Shown: positions 1 to 14,359, counted from the stretch's first letter. The stretch is DNA of 64,000 nt from Octopus vulgaris (GCA_951406725.2 OX597816.1:130820001-130884000); one strand, 5' to 3'. A program made the numbers and translations. The notes: generated by a model from the letters alone, not told the origin.

Positions 1-287
1 GGGCGTTGTGAGTGTTTATATAGCGAAAACATCTAAAGCTCCACAAGGCTCCGGCAGCGGGTGGGGGCGAACCCTGCTGTACTTTTTCACCACAACTTTC
101 TTCCTGTTTCTGTTGTACCTGTATTTCAAAAGGGCCAGCCTTGTCACACTCTATGTCACGCTGAATCTCCCCGGGAACTATGTTAAGGGTACACGTGCTC
201 AGCCGCTTGCACGTAAATTTCACGAGAAAGCTGTTCCGTCGATCGGATCAACTGGAACCCTCTTCGTCGTAACCAACGGAGTGCCAC
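1..287 (+). mobile_element. tRNA-derived SINE family A, 5'-clipped by window edge
   Basis: Highly similar to the body and 3' part of the full-length copy at 16794-17179 (gggcgttgtgagtgttta...cgtcgtaaccaacggagtgc). Confidence 0.85.
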
Positions 288-374
288 GGTTTAATTATAC
301 AACATATACACACATATATATACATATATATGTGTATGTGTGCTTATATATATATATATGCATATACATGTATA

Positions 375-459
<85 letters not shown>

Positions 460-483
460 TATATATCTATATATAGGTATATA

Positions 484-524
<41 letters not shown>

Positions 525-570
525 CACACTCACACACATACACACACACACACACGTACACACACATATA

Positions 571-1600
571 TCTTTTATTCTTTTACTCTTTTCAGCTTTG
601 CAGCTGTGATCATGCTGGAGCACTACTGTAGTCTTGCTGATTTCCTGCGGCTGGTGGTGGTGGCATTCACACCACTACTTTTGTATGTGCCTTTGTCCCA
701 GTTGTTGGCCCATTTGGTGTATGAGGGAGTTTGATTCTACTGCCCTCGTCTGTAATTCATGTCAAGCGGTTGGTTCATCCGGTATTATGGAGAGGAGAAT
801 TTCTAGTTGTTTTTTGAAGACATCTACGTCCACATTATGTAGATATCTGAATTTTTGTGGCAAGGTATTGAAGAGCTGTGGGACCTTGAACCCTAGGCTA
901 GGCCATTACCTGGTCCTGAATTTATATGGATTGGAGGGTACTTTTGGTACAATATAATGACGTCCAGTTCTGGCATTGTATAAGATTCTATGCTGAAATT
1001 GGGTACTAGTCCTTGTTGGGTTTTCCATATGTAGATTATTACATATCTGTTATCGTTCTTTTTGAAGGCGTTGGACTGCTTCAAGCTCCGCTGTTAGTTT
1101 TTCATTATGTGGTGACAAGTTGAGAACAAAGGTCTTTCACTGGGTAAACATAACTTCGTAGTCTCTTGTCTTGAAGGACCTTAGTATCTGCCATGCCAGT
1201 TGTCTACACTTCGCTGCCATCTCGGTAACATACATATAAAATTTATGCAACATTGCATAAATTGTTCCCCAAGTCTTTCACTGTCTGTGACTCTGGGATC
1301 GCAGTACCTTCGGGTCCTGTATATGTAGGCCGCAGTGCTTTTGAGGGTTGATTGCACAGTGCTTGAAATTTTCGAGCATTAAACTGCATGTTGTTTACTT
1401 CAGCCCACTTGTAAATTTCATTCAGGTCCTATTGTAAGCTTGCGACATCATCTAGATTTTTTTTTATTGCCTGTGATAATTTTGTCTCATCGGCATAGCT
1501 AGTGACAGTGGTTGTCCGAGTGACCATGGGCATGTCTAAGAGGGCTATTATAAACAGTAATGACCCCAGGATATTTCCAAGGGGACGCCACTTTGAAATT
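571..1600 (-). mobile_element. Decayed non-LTR retrotransposon (CR1/Jockey-group LINE): RT C-terminal half plus 3' end
   Basis: Minus-strand translation gives GNILGSLLFII...SYADETKL (QG.LGP and YADD-like RT motifs), then LQ*DLNEIYKWAEVNNMQFN. It ends in a gtgctccagcatg...taaaagaataaaaga tail. Confidence 0.75.
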
Positions 1601-1744
1601 ATAGATATATGATATATATATATATACATACACACACGTATATAACATATGGGGGATATGTGCATCGTAATTGGAAAGATACATACATACACATATTAAT
1701 ATATATACACAGATATGTAAATATACAACATACATACATACACA

Positions 1745-1821
<77 letters not shown>

Positions 1822-2038
1822 GTCTGTCTATCTCTATATATATACACACACATTATATATATATATATATATATATACATAGAGAGAGAGAGATACATAC
1901 ATACATACATACATATCAATTTATATATATATGTATATATTATAAATATATATACGCATATATGCATCAATGTATATCTATGTATGTGTATACGCACTCA
2001 TATATACATACATATATATATGCACACACACACACACA

Positions 2039-2114
<76 letters not shown>

Positions 2115-2209
2115 CATTTCTATCCATCAATCTATCGATCGATTCATCTATATGTCTATCTAACTATATATCTATATCTCTATTTGTGTATATGTGTGTG
2201 TATGAATGA

Positions 2210-2253
<44 letters not shown>

Positions 2254-2489
2254 ATATGTGTGTATGTATGTATATACATGACTGGTTTTTTAGTAGAGTG
2301 ATACGTGTACATTTCTCTTATCTGTTGATCATATGTTTGTGTCGTCTTGTATACGAATTCTTACAACATACATTCTATGTAAATATATTCTTTGTGCATG
2401 TGTTGAAATCTGAATGTTTCGAGAACTTATAATTACATTTGTATGTTTGTATATTTGTATGTATGTATATATACACACATTATAATATG

Positions 2490-2890
2490 TGGAGAGGGAG
2501 GTGCTGTCCTCGAGTGAATTTATTAAAGGGTTAGTGAAAGTTGCGAAAATGGCGGGAGTGGATGGTATCGCTCCAAGTGTAGACCTGTGAGTAGGAGGAA
2601 AGGAGTTGGAAAGGTATTTAGGGTGATCTTGGATGGTCGGGTTCTTTGATTATCCCTAGAGATCCTCCTGTGTCAGGTGGACCCTTTCACTAACACCTTT
2701 GTTTTTTGGGGTTTTTTTCCATTCCTCTTCTTAGTGCTGTATACTATGTATACTTCCCTTCTTTTAAAGTATGTCGTGTATACTTTTCCTCTTTTTTTCT
2801 ATCATTCCATTATAGATAAACCCCCGCATTTTATGTCTGTCTTTATATTGTCCCTTTCATCCTTCTCCCTGGTAGCAAATAATAGAAATC
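2490..2890 (+). mobile_element. Possible 3' remnant of a Tx1/L1-like LINE
   Basis: Short coding-like stretch ending in a stop, followed by a T-rich UTR-like region and a (TTA)n tract. No diagnostic motif. Confidence 0.25.
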
Positions 2891-2933
2891 ATTATTGTTA
2901 CTATTCTTCTTCTTCTTATTATTATTATTATTA

Positions 2934-2967
<34 letters not shown>

Positions 2968-2986
2968 TTCTACTACTACAATTGCT

Positions 2987-3205
2987 AAGGCAACGAGCAG
3001 GCAGAATCGTTAGCACGCTGGCTAAATGCTTAGCGGTATTTCGTCCGTCGCTACCTTCTGAGATCAAATTCCGCCGACGTCGACTTTGCCTTTCATCCTT
3101 TCGGGCTCGATAAATTAAGTACCAGTTAAACACTGGGGTCGATGTAATCGACTTATCCCCTTCCCCAAAAATTGCAGGCCTTGTGCCTATAGTAGAAAGG
3201 ATAAT
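2987..3205 (+). mobile_element. tRNA-derived SINE family B (tail type 1)
   Basis: A-box-like ggcagaatcgtt, B-box-like gagatcaaattcc and central gactttgcctttcatcctttcggg..cgataaattaagtaccag, shared with more than 10 other copies in the window. Confidence 0.85.
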
Positions 3206-3231
3206 CGTTTGCACACCGGACAAAATTGTAT

Positions 3232-3400
3232 AGCGGCATTTCCTCCGACTTTACATCCTGAGATCAAATTTCGCGAAGGTCGACTATGCGTTTCGTCTTT
3301 TCATCGTCGATGAGTAAGTTCCACATAGGTATTGGAAGTGACGCAATCGATTTTCCGGTTCGTCAAAAATTTCAGGCCTTGTACCGATAGCAGAAAGTTT
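3232..3400 (+). mobile_element. Degenerate SINE family B copy
   Basis: tagcggcatttc...gagatcaaatttcgcgaaggtcgact, a diverged match to the family B head and core. Confidence 0.6.
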
Positions 3401-3427
3401 ATTATAACAACAACAACAACAACAACA

Positions 3428-3469
<42 letters not shown>

Positions 3470-3524
3470 TGTAATAATAATGATGATGATGCGATGATGA
3501 TGGTGATAATTATTATTATTAGTT

Positions 3525-3731
3525 AAGGCGGCAGTATCGTTAGCATGCCGGAAAGAATGCTTAACGGCATTTCGTCCGTGTTTACGTTCTGAGTTCAAAT
3601 TCCGTTGAGGTCGACTCTGACTTTCATCCCTCGGGATCGTTAAAATAAGTACCAGTCAAGTACTGGAGACAATGTGATCGGCTGTCCCGCCCATCCCACA
3701 AATTCCAGGCCTTGTGCCTATAGTAGAAAGG

Positions 3732-3735
<4 letters not shown>
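3525..3735 (+). mobile_element. SINE family B copy with (TTA)n tail
   Basis: gagttcaaattcc B-box, family B core, and ggccttgtgcctatagtagaaagg followed by (ATT)n. Confidence 0.8.
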
Positions 3736-3793
<58 letters not shown>

Positions 3794-3878
3794 CATTATT
3801 ATTATTATTATTGGGTGAGAGAGCAGTGCATGCCATCAAAGTGACACTGGGGTAAAATATACGAAGCCCAGTATACCC

Positions 3879-3942
<64 letters not shown>

Positions 3943-4853
3943 GTTTATGAATGTGCATGTTTCTTAATTTTCTAATTAATAGTTGTTTTTTAAAATATAT
4001 ATATGAAATTATTGTGAACCTACGTATATGTGATATTTGTGCGTATAATTTTATGAATGTTTATGTATTTGATTATATGTTTGTGTATGTTTATGTATTT
4101 GATTATATATATATTTTTATGAAAAGGCATATATAATACATATAATATTTTTGTGTACGCGTGTGTTTGTGAAAATTATACGCATGTCAGTAAATAGTTG
4201 TGAAATCCTTTATTTACACGCAACTTATATAACAGCATGGCAGACGGAAGATCCGCGGATCCGGTAACTTATGTCTGCATACTGTATTTCTTCGTGCGAT
4301 ATATACACAATTACAGACATGCAGTCATAGATGATTCTATCCAACTGCGCCTCTATACACCCATCTATCAATTCATTTGATATCACACTTCCTATAAATA
4401 TCCGTGCGTATAAAGATCAATATACCGTTTAAGATGTGACGTATATTATCAGTTATACATCTTATAATTTATGTATTATGGAAATTTTTAACAGCGCGCA
4501 TAAGTACGCCGTCTTGTGAGGCTATATACATACATACACCCCACCCCCACGCACACATATATGTATGTATGATGTTAATATGTATGCATGTGTATATATA
4601 TGGATATATTTGTAAATAAACTTACGAAAGCATGTCTCTACCTTTCTCTCTTTCTCTCTCTCTCTCTCTCTTTCTACACACACACATATATATATATATA
4701 TGTATATAAATACACATACACACACATATGTACGTGCGTCTGTGTGTGCATATATATGTATGTATGTATAGTCAATTCAAGCAAACGAGCGAAAGTTATG
4801 GACAGCAAGATGTGCACAAGAAATGTATTAACTTGACGTATACATATACATAC

Positions 4854-4903
<50 letters not shown>

Positions 4904-5030
4904 AATGTATATACTTTTGTAAGACAGAGAGAGAGAGAGAGGAAGAGAAAGAGACGTGCACTCGTGCGTTTATTTACATGTACATGCATATTATATGCAC
5001 ATGCACACGCATAGACATCATACGTATGTG

Positions 5031-5137
<107 letters not shown>

Positions 5138-5684
5138 TGTTCTTTTTTAGTGCGAATATATATATATATATATATACGGGCGAAATGCATGTGTACATAC
5201 GAATATCGCTCTCTCTCCGATATGTGTGTACGTGCGAGTGTATATGTGTTGTGTTGTCCTCTATGTGTGTGTGTGCGCGCGCGCGCCTGTGAAGTGGTAA
5301 GAGAGTACAATACATATAAAATATACTACATGTAAAATTGAATATTTATTTTCCCATCGAAGTTCCGGCCGAAGTATATAGATCTACCCCGATATCTGTA
5401 TTACTGTATACCCATATCTGTATTACTCATGTTCATACCCATACGCATACTTGTTACAATATATGTATACATACACACATATACTTCTCAATGTTGATGT
5501 GAAGTGTGTATACACACATGCATTAATACATACTATATATATCAAGAGAGGGTGTGATTGCTGGGTATTTCGTTTGTCCTCTCTATTCATTCATGCATGG
5601 ATGCATACATAAATGTTTTATACATTCACTCTTCTATTTATCCGTCTCTCCATGTATTTATTCAACCAGCCATACATAAATATG

Positions 5685-5726
<42 letters not shown>

Positions 5727-5759
5727 GGTGCCCCAGCATGGCCACAGCTCATAGGCTGG

Positions 5760-5812
<53 letters not shown>

Positions 5813-6210
5813 ACATATGTATAAATGCACACATTTACAAACGTGTGTGTGTGTGTGTGTCTGTCTGTCTATCTGTGAATATATCCGAGTTTTGCCGGCT
5901 TTTAAATAAAAAAGAAAGGTTACTTTACATTAGCATTATGTATTAGTTATTAAACACGAAAGCAGTCCACTTCAATGTAACCAATTTCAGCGGAAATAGT
6001 GGAGAACATTCATACATATATACGCACACACACACACGCATACATGCATACATACATAATACATACATACATACGTACATACGTAAAAACATACATATGA
6101 AAGTGTATATGATACATATGTAGTGAGTGTGCGTAGGTATGTACGTACGTGTATATGCGTATATGTGTTCGTGCGTATGTATGTAAATGTGTGTGCATAT
6201 ATATATATAT

Positions 6211-6310
<100 letters not shown>

Positions 6311-6483
6311 TAAAAATAAATATATATATACGTATGTGCACACACACAAACACACACACACACATATGTGTGTGTTTGTTTATATATATGTATATATATC
6401 TTTTTATCTTTTACTAGTTTGAGTCTTTAAATAGCGGCCATGCTGGGGACTATATATATATATTTGTTCTTCTTTGTTTGGAT

Positions 6484-6542
<59 letters not shown>

Positions 6543-6544
<2 letters not shown>

Positions 6545-6932
6545 TTTTATCCCCTAGTCTCAGTCATTTGAGTGCGGCTATGCTGGGGCACCACCTTTAA
6601 AGGTTTTAGTCAAACACATCGACCCCTGGCTGGATTTTTTTAAAACTCTAGTACTTATTCTATCAGTATCTTTTGGCGAACCGCTAAGATACGGGGACGT
6701 AAACCCACTGACACGGACACAAACATACACACACACACACACATACACGGACACACACGGGCACACACACACACACATCACGGGCTTCTTTCAGTTTCTG
6801 TCTACCAAATCCACTGATAAGGATTTGGTTACCCCGAGGCTATAGTAGATGATACTTGCCCATGGTGTTACGCAGTGGGACTGAATCCGGAACGATGTGG
6901 TTGAAGGAAGCTTCGAACCACACAGCCACGCC
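6543..6932 (-). mobile_element. tRNA-derived SINE family C (CORE-like motif, internal microsatellite)
   Basis: Minus strand reads gtggctgtgtgg...ggattcagtcccactgcg...gggcaagt, then an internal TG tract and the 3' tail ggtgccccagcatagccgcactcaaatgactgag. Confidence 0.8.
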
Positions 6933-7023
6933 TGATATTATTTATGGGTGTATATAACATAGAAATATTTGTGTGTTTATGTTATGCATATATTATCTCT
7001 CTCTCCCTGTCTCTCTCTCTCTG

Positions 7024-7078
<55 letters not shown>

Positions 7079-7175
7079 TTTCTTTATTTGTCTGTCTATC
7101 TATCAAATATGTATATGATACATACAAATATTTATGCATATATGTATATAACATGTATATATATATGTGTATATA

Positions 7176-7208
<33 letters not shown>

Positions 7209-7252
7209 GTATGTATGTATGTATATATATATACATATTATATACATATATT

Positions 7253-7288
<36 letters not shown>

Positions 7289-7373
7289 CATATTATATAC
7301 ATATATGTATAAATATTTGTATGTATCATATACATATTTGATAGATAGAGAGACATACAGACAAATAAAAGAT

Positions 7374-7458
<85 letters not shown>

Positions 7459-8079
7459 GTACACATAAGGATATGAGCACATATGTACAAATGCCGGGGA
7501 ATGCAATATATTTTCACGCATTAACGTTGATTGGTTAACAGTTAAAGCTATAGATAGATAAATAGACAGACTGTTACGCAGATAGACAATCAGAATTTGA
7601 ATTAGACAAGCGTAGGTTCGCTACTTACAAGAAGTTTCCATACACGCAGTAGCATAGGTATACAATTCCAAGCATAAATTTTGTCTGACGTTTAGCTCCC
7701 ATGCTTCATGTAAACCATGATCCTTGATGTTAGGTTGTCCTGTCCGCTAAATCTCTTCTAGCCTTCGCTTCTGCTGTGTCTGTCCAACACTGGTAACCTA
7801 ACAAACACAGCGAACCAAGCCCTATCAAGGCTTTTCTTTTCAGACATTTCAAAGTCGACATGCGTACTTGAACTCGACAAAGAGGAATTGGCGTTGATCA
7901 TTAAAACAAAGTGTGCGATTGGCCGGCTGTTTCGCTTGAGGAAGCACCACTGGCAGTTTACTCATGTTTCGAGACATCTAATTGGCCCAGCGCGATAAAT
8001 ATGAACTTCATAGCGGAATGGGGAAAAACCACGCCCAGCATGGCATATACATGTGTATGTATGTATGTATGTATGTATG

Positions 8080-8110
<31 letters not shown>

Positions 8111-8207
8111 GTATGTATGTATGTATGTATGTATGCATGTGTGTACTTATATATGTATGTATGCATGTTTATCTATGTATGTATGTACGCACGTACTTAT
8201 GTATTAT

Positions 8208-8238
<31 letters not shown>

Positions 8239-8410
8239 GCAATCAACACGCACACATAAAACAAAACGAAAGCTACATTTCTTTTCCACATAAAATATAT
8301 CTACGTATGAAGGTATTTACATATGGATAGATGTATGGACGCATCAATGTATGCATATGCATGTCTGCTTGCGCTCATATATTATGCGCACATAATGCAT
8401 ACACACACAC

Positions 8411-8478
<68 letters not shown>

Positions 8479-8635
8479 ACACGATCCCTATTGATCGGTC
8501 CCACTTTTTTTTCACGATCCCTTTGATCGGAATTCGCCCCCCCTCCCCACCTTTTCCCTCTTCTTTTCTTCCCAAAAAGAAAAAGCTCTACTTTGTATTT
8601 TGTCCTTTCTGTGTTTAACCCTGCGCGGCCAATAA

Positions 8636-8699
<64 letters not shown>

Positions 8700-8760
8700 G
8701 TCTGTCTGTCTGTCTGTCTGTCTATATATCTGTCTATCTGTCTATCTATATATCTGTCTA

Positions 8761-8835
<75 letters not shown>

Positions 8836-8896
8836 GTCTGTCTGTCTGTCTATCTGTCTGTCTGTCTATCTATCTATCTCTCTGTCTGTCTATCTG

Positions 8897-8979
<83 letters not shown>

Positions 8980-9070
8980 GTCTGTCTATCTGTCTGTCTA
9001 TCTGTCCGTCTGTCTGTCTATCTGTCTGTCTATCTGTCCGTCTGTCTGTCTATCTGTCTGTCTATCTATA
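8636..9070. repeat. Compound (TCTA)n/(TCTG)n microsatellite
   Basis: Directly visible tetranucleotide array. Confidence 0.95.
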
Positions 9071-9537
9071 TATTTATATATATGTATGTATTTATATATT
9101 TATTATATATATATATATATACATATACAGTAAGAGAGAGAAAAAGATGGGGAGAGAGGGAAGGGGAGAGAGAGTTTGATAGACAGACAAATAGGCAAAT
9201 AAAAGTGTACATTTATGCATAAATATTAGAAAAATTATACGTAGAGAATATACCTTTAATTAAAAATTCATAATTTTATGTTTTATAATAACGATCTTCA
9301 GAATCTTATCAGTTTCAGTAATATAAAATTAAAATTACTGCACAACCGGTGAGGTATTGTATCTTTGTATACGCATATGTTGATGCATATCTATACACAC
9401 ACACGCCGGCACATACGTGCACATACAGATGCATACATACATACATGCATACATACATACATACATACATACATGCATACATGCATACATGCATACATAC
9501 ATACATACATACATACATACATACATACATACATACA

Positions 9538-9568
<31 letters not shown>

Positions 9569-9865
9569 GTGTGAGTACAGTGGATGGGTAGGGAAATGTG
9601 AGCATGCGAAAATTCATTATGTGTGTTTGATTGTACAGCAATTATCTAAACGGATCTGCGTACTTGGATACATACACATACTCACACAAATATATTTATA
9701 AAGAAAAACATATGACCGTATGTATGCACATAGCTATATGTCTGCGGAAGTGTATGAATTATCACTATATCACATATATGTATATGGCTATACCTAAATT
9801 TCTACCTATATATTCCTATATTCATTATACATAAGTGTGTGCGTATATGTATATATATATATATA

Positions 9866-9901
<36 letters not shown>

Positions 9902-9904
<3 letters not shown>

Positions 9905-10011
9905 GGTGATTCAATAGTCACCATACAAAGGAAATATTTATTTTTTCATTAGAAACATTTAAATAAAAAAATTAAATTGTTCTTACGCATGGCGACTTTT
10001 GAATCATCCTG
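9902..10011. mobile_element. Tc1/mariner-type MITE, 110 bp
   Basis: Terminal inverted repeats cagggtgattcaatagtcaccat and atggcgacttttgaatcatcctg, with TA on both sides. Confidence 0.8.
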
Positions 10012-10056
<45 letters not shown>

Positions 10057-10072
10057 GTGTGTGTGTCTTTGA

Positions 10073-10518
10073 TCTCTTATTTGTTTCAGTCACTAGACTG
10101 CGGCCATGCTGGAGCACACCCTTCAATTTTTAGTCGAATGAATTGACCCAAGTACGCCTTTTTTTTAAAAAAAAGAAGTGGTACTTATTCTATCAGTTTT
10201 TTTTTTTGCTGAACCGCTAGGTTACGGGGACACAAGCACACCAACACCGTCTGTCAAGCAGTGATGGGGTCGGAGGAGCCTGACAAACATTGACGCAAAG
10301 ACAAACACACACACACATACACACAACAGCACACACACGCACACGCGCACATATACAACGGGCTTCTCTCAGTTTCCATCTATCAAATCCACTCACAAGG
10401 CTTTAGTCGACCCCAGGCTGTAGTAGAAGACATTTACCCAAGGTGCCACGCAGTGGGACTGAACCCTGAACCATGTAGTTGGGAAGCAAATTTCTTATCA
10501 CACAGCCACGCCTGCGCC
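10073..10518 (-). mobile_element. SINE family C copy
   Basis: Contains family C blocks gcggccatgctggagca, gaaccgctag.ttacgggg, ggtgccacgcagtgggactgaaccc and cacagccac. Confidence 0.85.
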
Positions 10519-10575
10519 TACATGTCTGTGTGTGTGTTTGTATGTATTTATGTAAGTATGTATGCATGTATGTAT

Positions 10576-10657
<82 letters not shown>

Positions 10658-10659
<2 letters not shown>

Positions 10660-10773
10660 AGGCGCAATGGCCCAGTGGTTAGGGCAGCGGACTCGCGGTC
10701 GTAGGATCGCGGTTTCGATTCCCAGACCGGGCGTTGTGAGTGTTTATTGAGCGAAAACACCTAAAAGCTCCAC
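10658..10773 (+). mobile_element. SINE family A, 5' tRNA-like head only
   Basis: ggaggcgcaatggcccagtggttagggcagcggactcgcggtc...gtttcgattccc with A-box and B-box. Near-identical to the start of the copy at 16794. Confidence 0.85.
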
Positions 10774-11159
10774 ATGAATGTCTGTCTATAAATACTCATC
10801 GATATGTAATTGGGAGTGTATTATGAATGGAGATACACAAAAAATGGAGACGAGTGTGAGCACAAATATAAATTCATAAATGCATGCGTATATGGTGAAT
10901 GTTGATGTGTGTGTACGTGCTCACGCGCGCGCGTGCATATTCACAGGTGTGCATACTTATGAATATAAGATCGTTTTGAATAATATATAGCTAGCTGCAT
11001 TGCGTGTGTGCGTGCAAATATGTGGCAGGTGTATTTGTGTATTTTCTAAAAAAAAATGTATTTGGGCCCTGAAACACATCTAGTTATAACCGTGATGACA
11101 ACGACGGCGATGGCGATGCTTATAGCGGCGAAGGTGGTAGCGTTGGTGGTGGTGGTGTT

Positions 11160-11876
11160 GGTGGCGAGCTGGCAGAAACGTTAGCACACCGGGCGAAATG
11201 CTTGGCGGTATTTCGTCTGCCGTTACGTTCTGAGTTCAAATTCCCCCGAGGTCGACTTTGCCTTTCATCCTTTCGGGGTCGATAAATTAAGTACCAGTTA
11301 CGCACTGGGGTCGATGTAATCGACTTAATACCTATGTCTGTCCTTCTTTGTCCCGTCTATGTTTAGCCCCTTGTGGGTAATAAAGAAATGGGTATTGGTG
11401 GCGAGCTGGCAGAAACTTTAGCACACCGGGCGAAATGCTTGGCGGTATTTCGTCTGCCGTTACGTTCTGAGTTCAAATTCCCCCGAGGTCGACTTTGCCT
11501 TTCATCCTTTCGGGGTCAATTAAATAAGTACCAGTTACGCACTGGGGTCGATGTAATCGACTTAATACCTATGTCTGTCCTTCTTTGTCCCTTCTATGTT
11601 TAGCCCCTTGTGGGTAATAAAGAAATGGGTATTGGTGGCGAGCTGGCAGAAACGTTAGCACGCCGGGCGAAATGCTTGGCGGTATTTCGTCTGCCGTTAC
11701 GTTCTGAGTTCAAATTCCCCCCGAGGTCGACTTTGCCTTTCATCCTTTCGGGGTCGATTAAATAAGTACCAGTTACGCACTGGGGTCGATGTAATCGACT
11801 TAATCCGTTTTGTCTGTCCTTATTTATTCCTTCTATGTTTAGCCCCTTGTGGGTGGGTAGTAAAGAAATAGGTATT
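11160..11876 (+). mobile_element. Head-to-tail trimer of SINE family B (tail type 2)
   Basis: Three units starting ggtggcgagctggcagaaac at 11160, 11397 and 11634 (237, 237 and 243 bp). Confidence 0.92.
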
Positions 11877-11897
11877 GGTGGCAGTGCTGCAGCTGGC

Positions 11898-11930
<33 letters not shown>

Positions 11931-12333
11931 AATCATCGTCGTCATGATTCTGATGATGTTGGTGATGATGATGAGGATGACGGCGATGGTACTGCTGTCA
12001 TTGGTAGGAACGACGACGATGATGATGATGAGGAGGAGGAGGAGGAGGAGGTGGAGGAGGAAGGGATGCAGGAGGGAGAGGGAAGATGTGTATTAAAGGC
12101 AAACATCTGTAGACGACGGAGCAAACAGGCATCAATCGATAACACGACATAACCAGGATTCATTCCATCATTGCTTCGGAACCAGGAGATGCTAATGCAT
12201 CCGAAATAGATGCGATTTTAAAAATCAAGATAATAGAAACAACAACAACAACAATATCACGATAATTATACAAATATATATATGTATGTGTGTGTATATA
12301 TACATATGTATATGCGTGTATACATATGTATAC

Positions 12334-12380
<47 letters not shown>

Positions 12381-12493
12381 TTTATATAGTTTTATGTATG
12401 CATGTATATATATATATATACACACATCTATAGATATATGTATATATATTTATATATAGATAGATGTATGTATGTATGTTTGTATATATATAT

Positions 12494-12568
<75 letters not shown>

Positions 12569-12670
12569 TTTATATAGTTTTATGTATGCATGTATATATA
12601 TATATATACACACATCTATAGATATATGTATATATATTTATATATAGATAGATGTATGTATGTATGTTTG

Positions 12671-12730
<60 letters not shown>

Positions 12731-12733
<3 letters not shown>

Positions 12734-13412
12734 GGGTTGGACAAAATAATGGAAACACCTTAAGATTTCAAACAAATACTTTAATATGAGGTAGGATAAC
12801 CTTTTTGGCAGCTTCAATTCTATGAGGTATGGACTCGTACAAAGTTTAAATTGTTTCCAAAGGAATTTTTGTCGATTCTTCAGCTAAAACAGTTTCCGGT
12901 TTCTTCTTTCTCTAAAATGCACCATAAATGTTCAATAACATCGAGATCTGGGAACTGTGGTGGCCAGAGAAGATGTTCAACTTCACTAGAATGTTCCTCA
13001 TGCCATTCAGTAACAACTTTAGCTGTGTGGATTGGTGCATTATCATCCTGAAAGACTGGGTTTCCTTCCGGAAATAGTTCCGCAACCATAGGATGAATTT
13101 GATCAGATAAAATGCTTAAATAGACTTGACCTTGACTATTAATTCTGCCATGAAGGGAAACCATTGGGCCGTCGGATTTCCAAGATATAGCCAATTCCCC
13201 GATCTTCACAGATTCTCCTGTATGTTTAACAGTTGGAAGAAGGTAGTCTGGATCAGTTGCTTCTTTTAGCTGTCGCCACATGTATACTTGGCCGGTGGTC
13301 GGAAATAAGGTAAAGGATGACTCTTCCGAGAAAATAATTCTGTAGGATTTTACCCCACTCTAAACGCTTTCCACCGTTTGTTTTTGAAAGTAGCGGTTTT
13401 CTGATTGCAGTC
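12731..13412 (-). mobile_element. Tc1-like DNA transposon fragment (catalytic region and one TIR)
   Basis: ORF 12880-13281 has FQDDNAPIHTAK...WPPQFPDLDVIEHLW, the second D and E motifs of a Tc1 DDE triad. Terminus TA-caggggttggacaaaataatggaaacacc at 12731. Confidence 0.85.
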
Positions 13413-13450
13413 TATATATATATATATATATATATATTTATCTACACATA

Positions 13451-13484
<34 letters not shown>

Positions 13485-13677
13485 AATTCGGGGTGAGTAC
13501 TTGATAATTATAAGCACCTGTGTATACCGTTTGGTGGTGTAGGTGGTGGAGTAAATTGATCAAAATAAAAATAAAAATAAAAATAAAAATAAAAAATAAA
13601 AATAAAAATAAAAATAAAAACAAAATAAAAATAAAAATGCTGAATCCTTCGCCTCATGTTTTTATTTTTATTTTGAT

Positions 13678-13722
<45 letters not shown>

Positions 13723-13927
13723 TATACATATATATATATACATAGATATATACGTATATATATATACATATATATATATACATATATATATACATATATA
13801 TATATACATATAGATATATATACATATATATATACATATATATATATACATATACATCGGTGCCCCAGCATGGCCACAGCTCATTAGCTGAAACTGGAAA
13901 AATCAAAATCAAAAAAATCATATAATA

Positions 13928-14043
<116 letters not shown>

Positions 14044-14052
14044 TATATATAT

Positions 14053-14345
14053 TCTACACCCTTTTCAAGCCTCGCCAGGCTCATGGGCCCAGTTTCCCGG
14101 TTTTTATGGCTTATGTGCCCCCCCCCCCCAGCTGGAAGGAATGCCAGTCCATCACAGCGTTACTCAAGAAACAGGAAGAAAGAGTGAGAGAAAGTTGGGG
14201 CAAAAGAGTACAACAGAGGTCGCCATCATCCCCTGCCGGAGGCTCGTGGAGCTTTAGGTGTTTTCGCTCAATAACACACACAACGCTCGGTCTGGGAATC
14301 GAAACCGCGAGTCCACTGCCCTAACCACTGGGCCATTGCACCTCC
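14053..14345 (-). mobile_element. SINE family A variant with a different 3' half
   Basis: Same tRNA-like head and gagcgaaaacacctaaagctccac block as 16794, but the 3' region at 14053-14160 is unrelated to that copy. Confidence 0.75.
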
Positions 14346-14359
14346 ACACACACACATAT

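Noticed and set aside
10658-10735. Possible genuine tRNA gene (also 16794 and 33824-33894)
   Set aside because: There is no clean acceptor stem or Pol III terminator, and the sequence continues into a repeat body, so it is a SINE-type head.
11835-12152. Acidic Asp/Glu-rich ORF as a host exon
   Set aside because: It is built from GAT and GAG triplet repeats, starts inside a SINE tail, and has no domain signal.
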